The notes below the pieces were generated by a model that was given only the letters and a program-made list of their open reading frames with translations, made no database searches and was not told the origin of the DNA. A stretch of 51,110 nucleotides of DNA, taken from the NCBI GenBank assembly GCA_963619835.1, contig CAVEYD010000003.1, positions 1 to 51,110 of the forward strand, given 5' to 3'. Position 1 is the stretch's first letter, and every line of letters starts with the position of its first letter. The stretch is from a bacterium (GTDB lineage Bacteria; Bacillota; Clostridia; Christensenellales; CAG-314). A program made the position numbers and the translations under genes. Positions 45,716 to 51,110 of this stretch are shown here, piece after piece.

Positions 45716-47608
45716 ATGAAGAAAACTTGTGTACTACTTGCAATATTTTTGTTTGCTTGTATTCTTACAAGTTTTTTTACGTGTACGGTTTTTGCGGAAG
45801 AGAGTCAAAGCGGTCAAATAATAGCATTGAAAAGTAACGGCAAATATGTCGGAGCAAAACTCTACGGCAGTTATTTTGGAGATATAGAAATTTCCGTCAG
45901 TATTTTTGATTGCGATGAAACACTTATCGATTTTAATGTAAATTCAACAAGTTTAACGTCTCAACAAAAAGTTATTGCCGACAAAGTAAAAAGTGTTTTT
46001 GACGAGCTGTCACAGTATGCTTCTCAACTTAATAGACAGTGTTCACCGTTTCTGTCCACAAGTGATGTTTATAAGTACAATGTTGCAAGTTGTGGTCAAA
46101 CCGTAGAAATCTCAAAAGAGACGTACCAAATGCTAAAAATAGCACAAAAAATGTACAAAGCTACAGGCGGTGCATTTAACCCGTGTTTGTTTAGATTAGT
46201 GGATTTGTGGGGATTTTCTCCAAGATTTTTTGACGGCAGTTACAAAACACATTCGCAAAATTACGATAGAGTTTACGATTACGACAATGCGACCTATCCT
46301 TTGCCCGAAGAAAAATATGTAACAACTTTTAGCCAAAAAGACTTTGTTTCGTTTTCTGAAGAATCTGTTGTTTTGTTTCAAGATGACGAAAAATATTATG
46401 TCACAAAAAATGTGAAAGAAGCTGAAGTAGATGGTCAAAGTTACACACAATGGTTAGACTTGGGCGGAATTACAAAAGGTTTTTTTTGTGACTATGCACA
46501 AGAGATTTTAACAAACTCAAAAATTACTTGTTATTACATCGACGCAGGCTCAAGCAGTGTTTGCTTTGGAAAAAATTACAACAACACAAACTTTATTATT
46601 CCGTTTACAAACCCTTTTGATGTAACGCAATCGGCATTTTCAATAGAAACGTCAAATAGTTTAATATCCTCAAGCGGAAGTTACGAGCGATATTACACGG
46701 TTGACGGACAGCGATATTGTCACATAATCGACGCTAAAACAGGAAAGCCGATAAACGGAGATGTTTGCGGAGTATCTGTGGTTAAAATTGTTTGTGAAAA
46801 CAGTTCGGCCGTGGCAGATTGTTTAACTACTGCATTGTCGTGTTTTAACGGAAACGAGCTTGCGGATTTTCTTAACGGAGATTTTGCCAAAGATAACCAA
46901 GTTGAAATAATTGCTTTTTTGCAAACTACGGACGGACGAAAACAAATCGTTACAAATGTAGATGCTGAAAAACTACAAAATCTTAACAAGCAAGAATTTG
47001 CAATTGCTCTTACAAATGACGGGCAATGGAACTATAATGGTGATGCTGTAGCAGTTGCAGGTGAAAATAACATTTTCTTGATAATTTTAGTCGGTGTGCT
47101 TGCTACGGCAGTTATCGGTACTTTTGTTTTTTGTATAGTGAAAAGCAAACAAACAGCACTTGCCGCTTATGGCCGTCCGCAGAAGCCGCTTGCTAAAGGA
47201 GATGCAATTGTCGCGCTTGTTATTGCAACCGTAATAGTAGTTTTATTCGTAATCCCCTTTAACTCGACACAAAACAATATTTCTATTGTCGAAGTAGTTG
47301 ACACCACAAACGGAGAAAAAATTTTTGCATACAACGTACAAACGAACAAATGGATTTTGTACGATGACAATGATCGGCATTGGACATGTAATGTTTCGAA
47401 AGACGGAACAACCATTACAGTTGAAATGTCGTCTTTAGACGGAAAAAGTAATGTTTTTAAGATAACGCGGTCAAGCAATCCTTCGGTACAAATGATACAG
47501 GCGTCTTGCGGACTTTCGCATGACTGTATTAAAACTTTTGGAAGTGTTTCGTCGGCAAATAGCAGTATCGTTTGTAAGCCTAACGGAATAAAAATAATCA
47601 CAAAGTAG
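45716..47608 (+). CDS. apbE: Exported ApbE-family FAD:protein FMN transferase fused, via two TM helices, to a NusG_II (DUF1312-like) domain
   Basis: The ATG at 45716 follows AAAGGAGA. Signal peptide ..TVFA/EES. ApbE motifs GGAFNPC..VDLWGF, LDLGGITKGF, SSSGSYERYY and HIIDAKTGKP. TM helices IFLIILVGVLATAVIGTFVFCIV and AIVALVIATVIVVLFVIPF. The C-terminus, MIQASCGLSHDCIKTFG..SIVCKPNGIKI, resembles the NusG_II Cys-containing strands. Confidence 0.75.
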   Translation: MKKTCVLLAIFLFACILTSFFTCTVFAEESQSGQIIALKSNGKYVGAKLYGSYFGDIEISVSIFDCDETLIDFNVNSTSLTSQQKVIADKVKSVFDELSQYASQLNRQCSPFLSTSDVYKYNVASCGQTVEISKETYQMLKIAQKMYKATGGAFNPCLFRLVDLWGFSPRFFDGSYKTHSQNYDRVYDYDNATYPLPEEKYVTTFSQKDFVSFSEESVVLFQDDEKYYVTKNVKEAEVDGQSYTQWLDLGGITKGFFCDYAQEILTNSKITCYYIDAGSSSVCFGKNYNNTNFIIPFTNPFDVTQSAFSIETSNSLISSSGSYERYYTVDGQRYCHIIDAKTGKPINGDVCGVSVVKIVCENSSAVADCLTTALSCFNGNELADFLNGDFAKDNQVEIIAFLQTTDGRKQIVTNVDAEKLQNLNKQEFAIALTNDGQWNYNGDAVAVAGENNIFLIILVGVLATAVIGTFVFCIVKSKQTALAAYGRPQKPLAKGDAIVALVIATVIVVLFVIPFNSTQNNISIVEVVDTTNGEKIFAYNVQTNKWILYDDNDRHWTCNVSKDGTTITVEMSSLDGKSNVFKITRSSNPSVQMIQASCGLSHDCIKTFGSVSSANSSIVCKPNGIKIITK

Positions 47609-47612
47609 AAAT

Positions 47613-48182
47613 ATGGAAATCAAAAGAAAACAAATATCTGCAAAAAGAATTACGACAGTGGCAATTTTGTGTGCCCTGTCGTCGATAATGTACTGTGTGG
47701 AAAGTCTTTTCCCGCCGTTGTTTGTGCCGGGGGCAAAGATGGGACTTTCTAATGTTTTTTCGCTTTTTGCATTGTTTGCATTGGGTACAGTTGACGGAAT
47801 AACGGTAGCGATAGTAAAAACGCTAGTCGGATCGCTTTTGACCGGCAACATGTCGTCACTTGTCTACTCTTTGTCGGCCGCCTTGGTTTCTATTACGTTG
47901 TCTACTCTGCTTATTAGATTTGCCTATCCCAAAATCAGCATAGTTGCTATTTCAACAACTGCGGCAGTTGTTAACAACATTGTGCAAAATTTGGTTTTTT
48001 GCGTTATGTCTAATACTCCCGAAATGTATGTTTATATGCCGTATCTTGCGCTAACGGGAGTGCTTGCCGGAATAATAGTCGGTTTTGCCGTGTACTTTGC
48101 CTTGAGAGTCATACCGCTTTCAATTTTTGGAGCTTCAAACAAAGTCGATTTGACCGAAACGAAAGAAAATGCTCAAAAATGA
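47613..48182 (+). CDS. Gx-transporter family membrane protein (misnamed heptaprenyl diphosphate synthase component I family)
   Basis: 189 aa with the pattern VESLFPPLFVPGAKMGLSNVFSLFAL..VKTLVGSLLTGNMSSLVYSLSAAL typical of this family. Starts 4 nt after the apbE-fusion stop. Confidence 0.7.
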   Translation: MEIKRKQISAKRITTVAILCALSSIMYCVESLFPPLFVPGAKMGLSNVFSLFALFALGTVDGITVAIVKTLVGSLLTGNMSSLVYSLSAALVSITLSTLLIRFAYPKISIVAISTTAAVVNNIVQNLVFCVMSNTPEMYVYMPYLALTGVLAGIIVGFAVYFALRVIPLSIFGASNKVDLTETKENAQK

Positions 48183-48228
48183 TTTGCGGTAAGGTATCAA
48201 AGCAAAAACAAACATGTAAAGGAATTTT

Positions 48229-49047
48229 ATGAAAAATATACTTATTTTCAACGATATTAGCGGACTTGGAAATTGTTCTATGGCAACAAATTTGCCGGTA
48301 TTAACGGCATTGGGACACTATTGTATGCCGATGCCTACAGCATGTTATTCCTGTCAAACAGGTTTTGACTCTTTTTCTGTGTTGAAAAACGACAAAATCG
48401 AACAGTTCACAAAAGATATTTTATCAAATCGCAAGCCCGATGCCGTCTATGTAGGTTTTTGTAATGACACTCAAACACTTAACTCTATTTTGAGCATAAT
48501 TAAAAAACTCAAAAATGAAGGTGCACTTGTGATTGTAGACCCCATTATGGGAGACAATGGCAAGCTGTACCCTGTTTTTGATGACAGCTATGTTGCTTTG
48601 ATGAGAGAAGTTTTGAGTTTTGCCGATGTTATCACTCCAAACGTTACCGAAGCATGCTTGTTATGTAATATCGAGTACGAAAAAGTGTCTCAAACTTTTG
48701 ACACTACAAACGGACTTGAAAAAATTGCAAAAACTTTTAACACGTTTTTGCATAGTGTAGATTCTGTTGTAATAACCGGCATTCCTTGCGGTCAAAACAT
48801 TGGAAACATTGTTTGCGATCAAAAATTAAGCTTTGTCGAAAACAAGAGAGTGGATGTAAACTATTCCGGAACCGGCGATTTGTTTAGTTCTGTGCTTGCA
48901 GGCAAATTGTTAAATGGTTACAATTTAACAAATGCCACAAAGACTGCAGCCGAGTTTGTTGGTCTTTCCGCAGCTGTCAGCGAATGTAAAGACAGACGTT
49001 TTGGAGTTGAATTCGGCAAGGTTTTGAGCAAACTCATTGATGCATAA
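48229..49047 (+). CDS. pdxK: Pyridoxal/pyridoxamine kinase (ribokinase superfamily)
   Basis: 272 aa, N-terminus ILIFNDISGLGNCSMATNLPVL, C-terminal anion hole YSGTGDLFSSVLAG. Confidence 0.8.
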   Translation: MKNILIFNDISGLGNCSMATNLPVLTALGHYCMPMPTACYSCQTGFDSFSVLKNDKIEQFTKDILSNRKPDAVYVGFCNDTQTLNSILSIIKKLKNEGALVIVDPIMGDNGKLYPVFDDSYVALMREVLSFADVITPNVTEACLLCNIEYEKVSQTFDTTNGLEKIAKTFNTFLHSVDSVVITGIPCGQNIGNIVCDQKLSFVENKRVDVNYSGTGDLFSSVLAGKLLNGYNLTNATKTAAEFVGLSAAVSECKDRRFGVEFGKVLSKLIDA

Positions 49048-49200
49048 CATTTTTTTGTAGAACTACAATTTTCTGTTTTATCGATGCTTTATTGGGCATA
49101 AAGGAGTCTAAATTGTTTTTATAACCGAAAGCGGTTTGGTCCCAAAAAGTCTTTATCAAAGAAAAAACTGTCGTACAATTGTACATATTAGGAGAAAATT

Positions 49201-50835
49201 ATGAAAAGAAAAGCCTTTTCAAGAGTAATAATCGCATTACTTTTAGCATTGTGTCTGTTTGTGGCAAGTGCTTGCGAGTTGGATTTCTCATCGTTTGTGC
49301 CTCATGGCGGATCATCAAGCGGTGGCTCGAGTATTGATAGTTCCGTTGATTCCGGAAATACCCAAAAGCCAAGTGACAAGACTGACAGCAATGTTCCGTC
49401 AGACAAAATCGTTGATCAAGATGGTGGCAATGCCGATGGCGATAGTTCGGGGGATGCCTCGGGCGAAGTTGATTTTTATGCCATCAATGATTTTCACGGA
49501 GAAGTGGAAAAAATTTCAACGGTAGCCGGATATTTGAAAGAAAAGGCATCAAATAATAATACCGTTTTAATCAACTCCGGAGATATGTTTCAAGGATCTC
49601 TTGCTTCAAATTCAAACAAGGGTAAATTGTTGTTAGAGTGTATGGATGAAATCGGTTTTGATTCGTTTACATACGGAAATCACGAATTTGACTGGGGATT
49701 AAGTACTGTTCGTTCGCTGTCTCAACAAAGCAAAACTCCGTTTTTGGGAGCAAACATATACTACTACGATTCGTCTACAAAACAATGGGGCGATTTTGCC
49801 GATGACTTTGCAGATGAGTACACCGTAACCACTTTAGACAACGGAATTAAAGTCGGTATTATTGGTGTTATAGGAAAGGATCAAATAACATCAATTACCT
49901 CTACGCTTGTAGAAGGAATAAGTTTCAAGGATCCGGAAGAAGTAATTCCAACCATATCGCAAAAGCTTCGCAAGGAAGAAGACTGCGACGTGGTTGTTGT
50001 AAGTCTACACGCGTCGCAAAATGTTTTTATTGAGACGGCAAGTTCGTTTGATATTTCCGATTATGCCGATGCTGTTTTTTGTGCGCACACGCATCAAAAC
50101 GAGTACACAACATACAACGGAATTCCTTTTATTCAAGGCGGAAGTTACGGAAACTATGTTTCTCATGTAAAACTTTCTGTAAAAAATGGAAAAGTGTCTT
50201 GTACTACTTACGAAAACATCAGCTACGATTCCACTTGGACGGAAGATGCCGAAACAAGCAAAATCGTATCTAAATACAGCGAAGAAATTGCAGCGGAAGC
50301 TCAAAAGGTGGTGGCAACTACCGATGCTTACTTGGATGAAAGAGAAGAACTCCCTCGCATTGTTGCACGTTCCATTGCCGAATATGCCGTTGAAAACGGG
50401 CACGACATAGTTCTTGCTATGGTCAACAAAGCACGTGGCAGTATTTACAAAGGAAACATAACTTTTGAACGGCTTTACGAAGCGCTTCCTTTTGACAATA
50501 TCATATACATTGTTGAAGTTAGCGGAAGCGACTTGATTAACGAAGCAAAATACAATTTTATTTGGCGAATAAAGGGTACAAAAATAGAGTCATCCAAAAA
50601 CTACAAAATAGCAGTCATCGATTATCTGTTGTATCACAAAAACACAGAAGGCGAGTACGATTATTTCCCGTCGGCTTTTAAAAACGGTCACATGACGCCG
50701 ATAGCACTAAACGACACGTATAGAGATGTTACTTGCAACTTCCTAACTAAAGTTGGCAAAATCATTGCGGACGATTATGCATCAAGCGGAAAACGAGTAA
50801 ACACCAATTTGCTTACGTCGACTGTAAGTTTTTAG
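49201..50835 (+). CDS. Lipoprotein, bifunctional metallophosphatase/5'-nucleotidase family
   Basis: Lipobox ASAC followed by a Ser/Gly/Asp-rich linker. Metallophosphatase motifs INDFHG, NSGDMFQGS and GNHEFDWG, with a 5'-nucleotidase C-terminal-like region. Confidence 0.85.
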   Translation: MKRKAFSRVIIALLLALCLFVASACELDFSSFVPHGGSSSGGSSIDSSVDSGNTQKPSDKTDSNVPSDKIVDQDGGNADGDSSGDASGEVDFYAINDFHGEVEKISTVAGYLKEKASNNNTVLINSGDMFQGSLASNSNKGKLLLECMDEIGFDSFTYGNHEFDWGLSTVRSLSQQSKTPFLGANIYYYDSSTKQWGDFADDFADEYTVTTLDNGIKVGIIGVIGKDQITSITSTLVEGISFKDPEEVIPTISQKLRKEEDCDVVVVSLHASQNVFIETASSFDISDYADAVFCAHTHQNEYTTYNGIPFIQGGSYGNYVSHVKLSVKNGKVSCTTYENISYDSTWTEDAETSKIVSKYSEEIAAEAQKVVATTDAYLDEREELPRIVARSIAEYAVENGHDIVLAMVNKARGSIYKGNITFERLYEALPFDNIIYIVEVSGSDLINEAKYNFIWRIKGTKIESSKNYKIAVIDYLLYHKNTEGEYDYFPSAFKNGHMTPIALNDTYRDVTCNFLTKVGKIIADDYASSGKRVNTNLLTSTVSF

Positions 50836-51074
50836 AAAGAAGCTAAAAATATATTTTTAACATTTTGTTTTGTCTAAAACGATAAATTGCAAATCAAAAA
50901 ATCTATTCGGTGTTTGAAATAACAAAGAAATAGTCTTGCAATAAAAAGCCATTTTGTACAGCAAGTCGACTTGTTAAAACCAAGCTAAAAGATTTTCAAA
51001 ACAAATTATTGTCGCGAATAATAAATATAAACAATATTTTTATCAAGATAAACAATTTTTTTTTGCAATAATTA

Positions 51075-51103
51075 TTGATTGTAAAAAAAAAGTATGTTAC
51101 AAT
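51075..51103 (+). promoter_or_regulatory. Sigma-A promoter (extended -10) firing rightward out of the window
   Basis: TTGATT (51075-51080), 17-nt spacer ending in TGT, TACAAT (51098-51103). Confidence 0.6.
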
Positions 51104-51110
51104 ATATGTG

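Noticed and set aside
1-51110. Searched by eye for CRISPR arrays, IS/transposase or integrase genes, prophage or defence cassettes, rRNA genes and evidence of an alternative genetic code.
   Set aside because: I saw no regularly spaced repeats and no transposase, integrase or phage-like ORFs. All conserved genes read through without in-frame TGA or TAG, which is consistent with the standard code. Only one tRNA was found.

Overview
AT-rich, Firmicutes-type chromosomal core region (Clostridia-like gene order), standard genetic code, genes densely packed and mostly on the + strand. The left third holds the complete S10-spc-alpha ribosomal protein supercluster, rpsJ through rplQ. It includes secY, adk, map, a small KOW protein, infA and rpmJ (rpmJ is absent from the ORF track). 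Upstream are two tandem consensus promoters, a long G+C-enriched leader, and a divergent stand-alone tRNA-Pro(GGG). Then follow: convergent pth plus a small membrane protein; mfd; a PrsA/SurA-like lipoprotein; a guanine riboswitch with xpt and a BMP-family (NupNOPQ-like) nucleoside ABC transporter; two tandem paralogous PlsC-like acyltransferases fused to a zinc ribbon; yabN/mazG, dus, trmL, maf; a degenerate MreB-like protein; a CIRCE-controlled hsp20; a HAD hydrolase; a lipoprotein; a cobalamin riboswitch with a DUF4430-like lipoprotein and an ECF S-component-like protein; an archaeal/eukaryote-type proS; an ApbE flavin transferase fused to a NusG_II domain, followed by a Gx-transporter protein; pdxK; and a 5'-nucleotidase-like lipoprotein. 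I saw no transposase, integrase, CRISPR array, phage gene or recognisable defence gene, so this is mostly ordinary housekeeping DNA. The parts most worth a second look are: (1) the ApbE::NusG_II + Gx transporter module; (2) the tandem zinc-ribbon acyltransferase paralogs; (3) candidate cis-regulatory RNAs upstream of rpsJ and rpsM; (4) the riboswitch-controlled B12 scavenging pair; (5) the MreB-like protein with an eroded ATP site. All family assignments come from motif recognition by eye and no searches were run. Hairpin and promoter coordinates were hand-derived.
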